The notes below the pieces were generated by a model. It searched no databases, was not told the DNA's origin, and worked only from the letters and a program-made list of their open reading frames with translations. A program made the position numbers and the translations under genes. 64,000 nt of DNA from a virus: the UHGV virus genome UHGV-0219032; one strand, 5' to 3'. Each line of letters begins with the position of its first letter. Position 1 is the first letter of the stretch. This document shows positions 1 through 8,347 of the stretch, in pieces.

Positions 1-108
1 TCAATAACAGTAAAATCAATTCTTTTAATAGCTTCATTAGCTATTCTAACTAATCTTTCATCACATTCGCTTAAATTATCTAAACTTCTTTTACTAAATT
101 TTTTCATT
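1..108 (-). CDS. Peptidase M15-like (D-Ala-D-Ala carboxypeptidase/endolysin-type), N-terminal fragment; gene continues past window start
   Basis: Minus-strand ORF from ATG at 106-108 reads MKKFSKRSLDNLSECDERLVRIANEAIKRIDFTVI. This matches the conserved SxRSL..L.GVHPDL..V..AI....DF.V.EG block of M15A peptidases. RBS aggagg at 112-117. Confidence 0.45.
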
Positions 109-117
109 TATTCCTCC

Positions 118-262
118 TTATTTATTTTGTATTAAATTATCTAATTTTGTTTTTGCTTTTTCAATTATTTCCTTATCTTCACTATTCATACTTGTATTAT
201 GTAATGCAGTTTTAAGAGCAAAAGATATTTCATTTAATGTTATTTTTTCATTTTTAGTCATA
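118..262 (-). CDS. small hypothetical protein (47 aa)
   Basis: ORF MTKNEKITLNEISFALKTALHNTSMNSEDKEIIEKAKTKLDNLIQNK with RBS aaggtgat upstream; tightly packed between neighbours. Confidence 0.3.
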
Positions 263-976
263 TTAATCACCTTGATATATAAATAATTTTTCAACACTCA
301 CACTTCTACTTTTATTATCTTGTGTTCTAGTTACGTTACCACTCCATATACATTTAAAATCATTTGGAGCTTCTAATTCACTAATTAAAATAAAATTATT
401 TTTTGATTTTTCTCTACACCATTGCCAAAATTCATCATGATTAAATGTATTATTATAACCTGTTGTATTTTTATATGGAATATCACAATATATCAAAGCA
501 TTAGATATATTGTTTGCACATTCTTTGTAATTTAAATTTGTAAACTTTACATCTTTTAACTTTTCAGATTGCTTAATTATATTTGAAATACTCTCAATTC
601 TGTAATCTCTCTTAATACCAGTTTTTGTAATGATTTCTCCAGCATAACCACCCCAATATTTGCCATTATATGAATGTAAAAACCCAGCACAACCAATAGT
701 AAAACCATCAAAATTATCTTGATTGTTTTTGATATTATTATATTGTTGTTTGCTAAATAATGGTATTTGTTTATTATCTTGAAGTCCTTTCCATAATTCT
801 ATTAGTGGTTTAGATATATCATTTGCTATTCTATTTTTACATTTTATATCATCTATAATATTACAACCACCACAAAATGGTTCAATATAAGTTTGTATAT
901 CATATGAATCAATTAAATTTTGCAATATTGGTAATATATATTTTTTTATTCTACTTTTACTTCCCATATATTTCAT
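263..976 (-). CDS. DNA adenine methyltransferase, D12/Dam-like class
   Basis: N-terminal IEPFCGGCNI (EPFxGGG-type AdoMet motif) and CDIPY (DPPY-type motif IV). Size 237 aa is typical of Dam-like MTases. Confidence 0.65.
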   Translation of the reverse strand: MKYMGSKSRIKKYILPILQNLIDSYDIQTYIEPFCGGCNIIDDIKCKNRIANDISKPLIELWKGLQDNKQIPLFSKQQYNNIKNNQDNFDGFTIGCAGFLHSYNGKYWGGYAGEIITKTGIKRDYRIESISNIIKQSEKLKDVKFTNLNYKECANNISNALIYCDIPYKNTTGYNNTFNHDEFWQWCREKSKNNFILISELEAPNDFKCIWSGNVTRTQDNKSRSVSVEKLFIYQGD

Positions 977-1155
977 TTTTATACCTCTCTAAATATTTTT
1001 TATCTAAAAATTCCACCCTTTATTTTTATAAGATACCCATTCTTTTCCATTATCATCTAAATATTTTATCTTTTTGGACTTTAAATTTGTAATAATTCTA
1101 TAAACTTTTCCAGCTTCTCTTACATCATTTGTTATTAAGGAAACCGCTAAATGTT

Positions 1156-1383
1156 TTATCTCTTTATCCATAAAGCATAAATTAATATAAATGGAAGAAT
1201 GGGTAAAGTTAAAATAATCACTAATGAAATTAATATTTTAGCTTGATTAATTTCAAATGTTGGCATATGTTTTTTAATTAATTCATCAGACCTTTTATCA
1301 GTTATTAATTTAAATATAAGTATAATAGCAATTATACATGATATATTAATATATAGTTGATATAATAAACCCAAACTAATCAT
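1156..1383 (-). CDS. small membrane protein (~75 aa). The 106-aa track ORF probably starts at the internal ATG at 1383.
   Basis: Two hydrophobic helices; RBS aaggagg 7 nt upstream of internal ATG (MISLGLLYQLY...); upstream part overlaps zinc-ribbon ORF in another frame. Confidence 0.35.
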   Translation of the reverse strand: MISLGLLYQLYINISCIIAIILIFKLITDKRSDELIKKHMPTFEINQAKILISLVIILTLPILPFILIYALWIKR

Positions 1384-1546
1384 TTTCTTCTTCCTCCTTA
1401 TATTTCCATTCTGAACCATAAGCTTGATTATCATAAAATTCATTACCACATTCTGGGCAAATCCAATTTTCTTCATATGGTTCTATCCAGCCATCACCAG
1501 CACTAAAATTTTTAATCATACTTGAGCCACATTTTCTACATAACAT
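1376..1546 (-). CDS. small zinc-ribbon protein (56 aa, CxxC...CxxC)
   Basis: ORF MLCRKCGSSMIKNFSAGDGWIEPYEENWICPECGNEFYDNQ... preceded by RBS ggaggtgaaagat and by a TTGACA-17-TATACT promoter. Not in the ORF track (below length cutoff). Confidence 0.4.
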   Translation of the reverse strand: MLCRKCGSSMIKNFSAGDGWIEPYEENWICPECGNEFYDNQAYGSEWKYKEEEEND

Positions 1547-1572
1547 ATCTTTCACCTCCTTAATATATTATA

Positions 1573-1601
1573 AGTATATAATAAATTTTATTATTTGTCA
1601 A
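1573..1601 (-). promoter_or_regulatory. sigma70-type promoter (TTGACA-N17-TATACT) on minus strand
   Basis: Reverse complement reads ttgacaaataataaaatttattatatact, followed by RBS and zinc-ribbon gene. Confidence 0.5.
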
Positions 1602-1606
1602 GAATT

Positions 1607-2737
1607 TTATTTAATTAATTTTTCAAGATATTCTAAAGATGTTTCTGTTGTATTAAATATTTTTAATAAATCTTTTGGTATATCTTTTAAATATTTATAT
1701 GATAAATGTTCTTCGGTATTTAAACCAATAATACTTCCTTCTCTATTTTGATATCTCATACTCCTAATCATAAATGGTATATTTAAATAAATATATTGAG
1801 ATTTAATATTATTTTTACTTAAATATGGGTATAAATCATTATTAGCTGATATAGGGTCGATTGCATATAGATTTATTTTATTTTTATCAAAAGATGATTC
1901 ATCAGCCCAAGAAACATAACCTTTTGGACTACAATATACAGCTATTGCATTTTTTCTATTTTTCTGCCAAAAATCATCATCAACAAATATGTGAGTGTTA
2001 ATATCATTTGGGTCATCTTCTCTAATAACTCTTGTAGTATAAGATTTTACAGCATGAAATTTATCTGGGTATTGTTCAATTAATTTATTTATAAGTGTAG
2101 ATTTACCACTTGCTGATTTTCCCATAATACATATTATACTACCATTAAAATCATTTTCTTTAATTTCAGAAAGATTATCCATAGTATCTAATAATTTACA
2201 ATATAGTTCCCATGTTTTTGTTGCATCACATAAAGCTGTGTGCATAGCATCATCTTCTTTTGACAAATTAAAATATTTAACCATATTTTCTAAACTAACA
2301 TTTTTTGTAGTAATAATTCCAGCATCTGATAGGAATCTTGCTATTGTACAAGTATCTATATTTCTATAAGATACATATTTTTCCCATTCTTCTTTTCCTA
2401 TATAGTGATGTATAAAACTTAAATCAAATCCAACATTATGACCTATTACAGTAGGTTTTTGATTTTCACATAAAGCATATAATGTTTTAATAAAATGTAT
2501 TACATGTTCAAAAGTATATTTGGCTTCACTATCATGTTGAACTAAATCTATTTTATTTGTTTTTAATGCCCCTATGGAAACATTATATGTATCATATTTA
2601 AATTTAAACTCATTAAATGCTATTGGTTCTAATTTTCCTTTTTCACATAATAATATAGCTAATGTTAGCATTTGATTTCTTTGTGGTACTAATCCAGTTG
2701 TTTCACAGTCTATAACTAAATATTTATCTTTTTTCAT
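1607..2737 (-). CDS. DnaQ-like DEDD 3'-5' exonuclease fused to a P-loop guanylate-kinase-like (dNMP kinase-like) domain
   Basis: N-term VIDCETTGL (Exo I motif) plus later H/D motifs. C-term GKSASGKSTL Walker A followed by SYTTR, as in guanylate kinases. Confidence 0.55.
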   Translation of the reverse strand: MKKDKYLVIDCETTGLVPQRNQMLTLAILLCEKGKLEPIAFNEFKFKYDTYNVSIGALKTNKIDLVQHDSEAKYTFEHVIHFIKTLYALCENQKPTVIGHNVGFDLSFIHHYIGKEEWEKYVSYRNIDTCTIARFLSDAGIITTKNVSLENMVKYFNLSKEDDAMHTALCDATKTWELYCKLLDTMDNLSEIKENDFNGSIICIMGKSASGKSTLINKLIEQYPDKFHAVKSYTTRVIREDDPNDINTHIFVDDDFWQKNRKNAIAVYCSPKGYVSWADESSFDKNKINLYAIDPISANNDLYPYLSKNNIKSQYIYLNIPFMIRSMRYQNREGSIIGLNTEEHLSYKYLKDIPKDLLKIFNTTETSLEYLEKLIK

Positions 2738-2915
2738 TATTTTCCTCCATTTTTGCTTCCATTAATTCTCTTCTTAATCTACTACCTCTTACAAGCCAAA
2801 TATAAAGTGTTGCAAACCATATAGGTGGAAATAAACAACCCATAATAATACTATATTTTCTAGCCTTTTTATTTAATTCTATCTCATTTTCTAAAAATTG
2901 AATTTTATGATTCAT
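2724..2915 (-). CDS. small membrane protein (63 aa)
   Basis: ORF with one hydrophobic segment; start overlaps downstream gene by ATGA-type junction. Confidence 0.3.
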   Translation of the reverse strand: MNHKIQFLENEIELNKKARKYSIIMGCLFPPIWFATLYIWLVRGSRLRRELMEAKMEENNEKR

Positions 2916-3129
2916 TTTACCTCCTTTTTGACAGTTAATTTTATATTATATTTTTTAATATTTTTAATATATTTTTTATATAACAAATTGTCTATTGCAT
3001 TAGGGTATCATTTAGGGGTAATATATACCCCTGTGAGTGCATAGGATTTTATCCTAACTATTTTATATGTCTTACCCTATACTTTATACATTTAAATATA
3101 CCATACTCTTAAAAACGATTTTAGAGACT

Positions 3130-3978
3130 CTAGTAACTTGGTTCATTTTTTATAAAACTATTTAATTCTCTTCTATATAAATTTTTTAAACTTTTGATAA
3201 TAATATCATCTTTATTTAAATTAAATTCTTTTATCATCATATCGGAAAGAATATCAGATAACTCTATTCTCTTTTTTAAATATGATACATAAGCATCATT
3301 GATATTATCATATTCTCCAAGATGATAAGCTATTTGTTTGTTTAAAATTGGGTCATAAAACCAAGTTCTAGCAACATATTTTCCTCCTCTGATAATAACA
3401 CCAGTTTTTCCACTCGTATTTGTGTTATAATGTGTTGCTATAAAATTATTTACTCTTTCTGGAATAAATAAACATGTCTCTGGACTATATATATTTTTAT
3501 CTGATAATAAATCTTTATCAAGTACCCAACCTAATCTATAATTTGATTTATTATAAAACCAATCTGCAAAATTTTGAAAATTATACCAATCTTCATATAT
3601 AGTAACCTGTTTTCTTTGATACGACATAGACCTAGTATTTTTATTTGGATTATGAACTCTTTTTATCATACTTGTCCAAAACCAATAACAATCTTTTTCT
3701 ATTTTTGGTCTATTTCGAGATGTTCCAGTTTTATATTTTCCGTAACCTAAAAAACCAACACCACAAACACTTTTATGATTTCTATTTTTTATAGTTCCAT
3801 TTTTAAAACTACTAATTGAAACTTCTAAAACAACCTCATCTTCAAATTGAACAATAATACGATTTGCTTTATTTGATACTCCTATACATTTTACTGTATA
3901 TCCCTCATTTGTAATTTTACTAATACCTATATATTCATTCCTACTCTTAGCTCTCATAAGATACCTCTTTTTTATCAT
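3130..3978 (-). CDS. putative homing endonuclease (HNH_3-like) with C-terminal AP2 DNA-binding domain
   Basis: C-terminal TGVIIRGGKYVARTWFYDPILNKQIAYHLGEYDNINDAYVSYLKK matches the AP2 consensus (G.....GK..A.....g....lG.fdt.eeAa.aY). Central LDKD..SD.N..PE.C.FIP..VN resembles the HNH_3 motif. Free-standing between ligase and upstream genes. Confidence 0.45.
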   Translation of the reverse strand: MIKKRYLMRAKSRNEYIGISKITNEGYTVKCIGVSNKANRIIVQFEDEVVLEVSISSFKNGTIKNRNHKSVCGVGFLGYGKYKTGTSRNRPKIEKDCYWFWTSMIKRVHNPNKNTRSMSYQRKQVTIYEDWYNFQNFADWFYNKSNYRLGWVLDKDLLSDKNIYSPETCLFIPERVNNFIATHYNTNTSGKTGVIIRGGKYVARTWFYDPILNKQIAYHLGEYDNINDAYVSYLKKRIELSDILSDMMIKEFNLNKDDIIIKSLKNLYRRELNSFIKNEPSY

Positions 3979-5263
3979 CTCTTATTCTTTGAAAAACTGG
4001 AAATTGTAAACTATATTTTTTAGTTTTAGAATCCATACTTTCTTCTTTATATTTTATTTCAACTATTTTTCCAATATAATCATTTGCATTTTTTAAAAAT
4101 AACTCTCTTTGAGAATCAGTATATCCACTACCAACTCTAACTTTATTACCTTTATATTCAACTATAAATCCACCAAAATTATCTTTTAATTTTCCAATTT
4201 CATCTCCATAAAACCAATCGACTATTTTTAAATCAGAAAATTTAAATGTTTTAACTTTAATTAAACCATTATGCTTAGATTTTTTATATAAACAATCTTT
4301 ATATAACATTAAGCCTTCCAAACCACATTCATCATATTGTCTTAATAATTCATTAATCATATTTGTATCGCTACCAATATAATCAACTTTAAGAACTCTC
4401 AAATGTTTTGTCATTTTATCATTAAATGAATGTATAAAATTTATTCTTTCTGATATATATTTCATTGTAAAATTATCATTATCAAATTCATTAATTGGTA
4501 TTATATCATAAATTATAAATAAAATATCTTCTTTTTCTGGAATATATGTTTCTGAATTTACTATTGATAATGTTTTTCTAAAATTATCATTATCAGATAT
4601 ATTTTCTTTATTATTCCTAATTAGTTCTCCATCTATAAAATATTTATCTCCAAATATACTTTTTATTTCTCTAATAATAGTATCAAAACCTATATGATAT
4701 ATACCACTTCTAGCAACTAATTTTCCATGATAATATGATGCTCTAACACCATTTAATTTTTGTTGTAAAGCAAAGATTTCATCTTTTTGTAATGTTAAAT
4801 TATCAAATGGTTTACCACCTTGTATTTCCCAAGTATAAATAAGTTTTTTATTTAAAGCCTTATTAATTCCTTCACCAGTAATTCCTAATTTTAAATTTTG
4901 TATTGATAAATTTTTAATAAAGTCAGATATATCATTTCCATATTGTTCTTTTATTTCATTGATATAGTTTTGGATAGCTCTTATAGAATTATCAGTTCCG
5001 CTACAATTCATAATGAAAAATAAAAAATCATTAAATTCATTAAATGCTCTTATTGTCTCAATAGTATTAAATTTTTTACTTAAAGATTTGCTACCTATAT
5101 TAGTTTTTATTCTAGGGTCAAATTGAATAGATAAAATTACAGTTAAAATATTTAATACATCTTGATTTTGTGTATTATATATTTCTTTTATGTATTCAGA
5201 TTTCAACTTACTACCTTTTAATTCTGATAAATGCTTAATTATCTGATAAACTTTTTGTATCAT
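3947..5263 (-). CDS. ATP-dependent polynucleotide ligase (DNA or RNA ligase), motif I KLNGVR
   Basis: Nucleotidyltransferase motifs: KLNGVR (motif I with N instead of D, as in many RNA ligases), EGLMLYK (IV), LIKVK (V). Confidence 0.55.
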   Translation of the reverse strand: MIQKVYQIIKHLSELKGSKLKSEYIKEIYNTQNQDVLNILTVILSIQFDPRIKTNIGSKSLSKKFNTIETIRAFNEFNDFLFFIMNCSGTDNSIRAIQNYINEIKEQYGNDISDFIKNLSIQNLKLGITGEGINKALNKKLIYTWEIQGGKPFDNLTLQKDEIFALQQKLNGVRASYYHGKLVARSGIYHIGFDTIIREIKSIFGDKYFIDGELIRNNKENISDNDNFRKTLSIVNSETYIPEKEDILFIIYDIIPINEFDNDNFTMKYISERINFIHSFNDKMTKHLRVLKVDYIGSDTNMINELLRQYDECGLEGLMLYKDCLYKKSKHNGLIKVKTFKFSDLKIVDWFYGDEIGKLKDNFGGFIVEYKGNKVRVGSGYTDSQRELFLKNANDYIGKIVEIKYKEESMDSKTKKYSLQFPVFQRIRDDKKEVSYES

Positions 5264-6116
5264 TTTCCACCTCTTTTATTCTATTTATTGCTATATCAAA
5301 ATAATTTTCGTCAAGCTCTATTCCTATAAATTTTCTTTTTAGTTTTTTACAAGCAACACCTGTTGTGCCACTACCCATAGTAAAATCTAAAACCAAATCT
5401 CCTTCTTTTGTATATGTTTTAATTAAATATTCCATTAATTCTAATGGTTTTTGTGTTGGGTGTAAATTATTATTTTTTGAACCATTAATTTTTATAACAG
5501 ATTTTGGGTTTCTATAACCATCATCTTCATTTCTTACATGCTTAACTTTTCCATAATGACATTCATTTCTATCAATAATAGAATTTACACTTTTTCTTCT
5601 ATCAACTTTTGCATATTTATCATAATGTCTATATGTTAAAAAATCCAACATTTCTTTTTTATTATAATTCATAATTTCATCTATCTCTATTACTTTATAT
5701 CTTTGAGGATTATAATTTATTTTTCCGTCTGAAAAAACAACAATATTTTCATGATATTTTAAAGGATTACTTTTTGCACTCATAAAATTTGTTGCATATT
5801 GTTTTTCCCATATCCATTCATATTTAAATTCTGAAATATTACTACATATTAATTGACTTGTAAAAGGTTGTGAACCAAATAAAATTATGGGTGTATTTTC
5901 TTTTCTTAATAATTTTAAACTATGCCACATTTTATCAAATGGAATAATACTATCCCATTTACAAGCTGTTGTTCCATATGGTGGGTCTGTAATAATACAA
6001 TCTATCTTTATATTGTTATCTATTAACAAATCCATAACTTTAAGACAATCACCATTAAATAATCTTATGTCATTTTCCTCATAAAAATTTTTAATCATTA
6101 TTATCACCCTCTTCAT
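5235..6116 (-). CDS. DNA methyltransferase, N6-adenine/N4-cytosine, beta class
   Basis: ITDPPYGT (motif IV) early, FTMGSGTTGVAC (motif I, FxGxG) late: permuted beta-class order. Confidence 0.75.
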   Translation of the reverse strand: MKRVIIMIKNFYEENDIRLFNGDCLKVMDLLIDNNIKIDCIITDPPYGTTACKWDSIIPFDKMWHSLKLLRKENTPIILFGSQPFTSQLICSNISEFKYEWIWEKQYATNFMSAKSNPLKYHENIVVFSDGKINYNPQRYKVIEIDEIMNYNKKEMLDFLTYRHYDKYAKVDRRKSVNSIIDRNECHYGKVKHVRNEDDGYRNPKSVIKINGSKNNNLHPTQKPLELMEYLIKTYTKEGDLVLDFTMGSGTTGVACKKLKRKFIGIELDENYFDIAINRIKEVENDTKSLSDN

Positions 6117-6297
6117 TAATTTTTATACCTTGCCAATTTGCACCACATTGACTGCATGATAATATAACAACTACACCATCTGTATCTTTATCCTAACCAA
6201 AATCTTCTGGTTTAAAATCATTTTGCCAAATTAAAGCTCCGCCACAAAACCAACATTTCATAATAAATCACCATGGAATAATTTAATTATATTTTTA

Positions 6298-6699
6298 TTA
6301 TACATTTGATGTATCATTCATTTCCTCCATTTCCTCTTTACTTAATGTTATTTTTTTGTTACATGGAATACCAAGTAGTCTACAAGTATGTTCATACTTT
6401 TCTCCATGTCCAGAATACCCATATTTTTTCTCTGCTATTATATGAGCTAGTTCATGCAAAATTACCTTAAAAAATAATTTTTTTAATTTAACTTTAGTTA
6501 TTTTTTTATTAATTTCCATTATTTTAGCTGTTCCATTTTCATCAAATCCAGTTCTAGCTAAAAAATCAACATTTTCAACAATTTTAATATCAACTTTATC
6601 AACAATTTTTTTATCAATAATCATTAGTGATATACTATCTATTGTTCTTAATACTAAATCAAAACTCAAATAATCTAAAGTTAAAATATCCATTTTCAT
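6298..6699 (-). CDS. SprT-like zinc metallopeptidase domain protein
   Basis: HELAHIIAEKKYG...HGEKYEHTC : HExxH plus downstream H/C, typical SprT-like. Confidence 0.5.
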   Translation of the reverse strand: MKMDILTLDYLSFDLVLRTIDSISLMIIDKKIVDKVDIKIVENVDFLARTGFDENGTAKIMEINKKITKVKLKKLFFKVILHELAHIIAEKKYGYSGHGEKYEHTCRLLGIPCNKKITLSKEEMEEMNDTSNV

Positions 6700-7057
6700 T
6701 CACCTCATAAACTTTATAAACATTACATACTTTACAAAATTTATCAAATTCTCTTTTTGCATCTTCCAAAGTATAACCTATATTTTTCAAATTTTCTTCT
6801 AATGTTTTTTCTTGTTGATTTATAAAATTATTATTTGTTAAATAATAATAATTCATTTTTATATCTTTCATTAATTTTTGTAGAAAAATACTTCTATCAT
6901 ATTGTCTTTCATCTCTACCACTTCTTCTTTTTATATTTTTTCCACCAGCATGTTTATGGCTACATACTGTTGATTTATTTTTATATGCTCCTTTTAAAGC
7001 TCCACGAATACATTTTTCATCTAAACAAATTGATAATAATTCTTTATTTAATTGCAA
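6659..7057 (-). CDS. hypothetical protein
   Basis: ORF in operon context, basic region KHAGGKNIKRRSGRDER; no recognisable domain. Confidence 0.3.
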   Translation of the reverse strand: MQLNKELLSICLDEKCIRGALKGAYKNKSTVCSHKHAGGKNIKRRSGRDERQYDRSIFLQKLMKDIKMNYYYLTNNNFINQQEKTLEENLKNIGYTLEDAKREFDKFCKVCNVYKVYEVNENGYFNFRLFEF

Positions 7058-7108
7058 CTTAATCCCTCCTTTATTTTTTTAGAGGGATTTATAAATCCCT
7101 CTACATTA

Positions 7109-7474
7109 TTATAATACCATAAAATCCATATCTATGTCAAGAGAATTTTCATTAATTATTAATTTATCTTCATTAATATCCCATTTTTTTAATTCTAAAT
7201 CTTGAACTTTTCCATCTTTAGCTTTAAAATTTTGTAATACATCAAAATATTTTTCTGGAACTTTTAAAGTTGTTGGATTATTTCCTTTTTGAATATCCTT
7301 TTGTTTTGCCAACTCTACATTCCCTAAGAAAATTAACATTTTTTTCATAACATTTTTAATCTCATTATGTTTTTCTATTTTTCTTATTTTTTCCTTATGT
7401 TTTTCTTTTCTTTTTTGTTTTCTAATTATTTCTTTTTCTGCTTTCTTTTTTAAATTTTTTTTAGATATTTTCAT
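7109..7474 (-). CDS. hypothetical lysine-rich protein
   Basis: ORF with RBS ggaggaaaaa; very K/E-rich N-terminus. Confidence 0.3.
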   Translation of the reverse strand: MKISKKNLKKKAEKEIIRKQKRKEKHKEKIRKIEKHNEIKNVMKKMLIFLGNVELAKQKDIQKGNNPTTLKVPEKYFDVLQNFKAKDGKVQDLELKKWDINEDKLIINENSLDIDMDFMVL

Positions 7475-8250
7475 TTTTTCCTCCTATATTTTTTAATCTA
7501 TCTATTGAATATTCAAATTGCTTATCACTTAATTCTATTCCTATATATTGCATATTAATATTTATGCAAGAAACACCAGTAGTTCCTGTTCCATTAAAAC
7601 AGTCTAGTATTAAGTCATTTTCTTTATAATAGAAATCTAATAATTGATTGCATAAATCAGATGAATATGTAGCTTTGTTTAAATCACAAGAACCATCATT
7701 ATTTTTAGCTTCAATAAAATTATAAACATTTTCATAATTTGGTTGACCTGTTTTTCTATAACTTTTTATTTTTTTTATTTGTGTTGAAAGTTAAAAATTC
7801 ATCTTTTCTAACAAATACATATATAAATTCAACAATTCTAGTTCTTTTATTTTTAGACATAGCATTTGGTGTAGCTGTTTTCTTTTTCCAAACTATTATA
7901 TCTGCTAATGTATAATTTGTATCTGTAATTATCTTGGAAACTGTTAATGGCATAGCTTCAGTATTTTCACTACCATATGACATATTCCATAATACACAAG
8001 TATCTTTTTTAAGTAATTTATCAAATCTTTTAAATATTTCACAACACCAAGATGTATATTCATCATTACTCATTCCATCATTATAGACATCATAACCTCT
8101 GTCATCTTGATTTGGTCTTATTATATTATATGGTGGAGATGTTAATACACCATCTATTTGAACATTATTTGCTATTAATAAATCCATTACTTCAATACAA
8201 TCACCATTAAAAAATTTAATATTATTTTCTGAATAAAAATTATTAATCAT
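7461..8250 (-). pseudogene. beta-class DNA methyltransferase interrupted by a frameshift in an A8 homopolymer (T8 on plus strand at 7769-7776)
   Basis: Track ORF 7756-8250 has LTSPPY (motif IV) but stops right after the A8 run. The next frame (7461-7755) encodes LILDCFNGTGTTGVSC (motif I FxGxG). Removing one A joins them into a ~262-aa MTase. Confidence 0.6.
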
Positions 8251-8275
8251 CTATTTCACCTCATTATTATTTTAT

Positions 8276-8303
8276 GTGGAAGCTATTTTTTAATAACTTC
8301 CAC
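8276..8303 (-). promoter_or_regulatory. near-perfect stem-loop at the predicted 5' end of the MTase transcript
   Basis: gtggaagctattttttaataacttccac: ~11-bp arms, one mismatch. Sits between -10 (8311-8316) and start codon (8250). Confidence 0.35.
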
Positions 8304-8310
8304 ATTTATT

Positions 8311-8339
8311 ATACTATCATATATTTATATATTTGTCAA
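8311..8339 (-). promoter_or_regulatory. sigma70-type promoter (TTGACA-N17-TAGTAT) on minus strand
   Basis: Reverse complement ttgacaaatatataaatatatgatagtat, downstream of polymerase gene end. Confidence 0.4.
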
Positions 8340-8347
8340 TATATTTT

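Noticed and set aside
1594-1604. ttgtcaagaat recurring at 1594, 20463 and 26771 as a dispersed repeat family or mobile-element end
   Set aside because: On the minus strand each copy is a TTGACA -35 box with a correctly spaced -10. It is better explained as a conserved promoter context.
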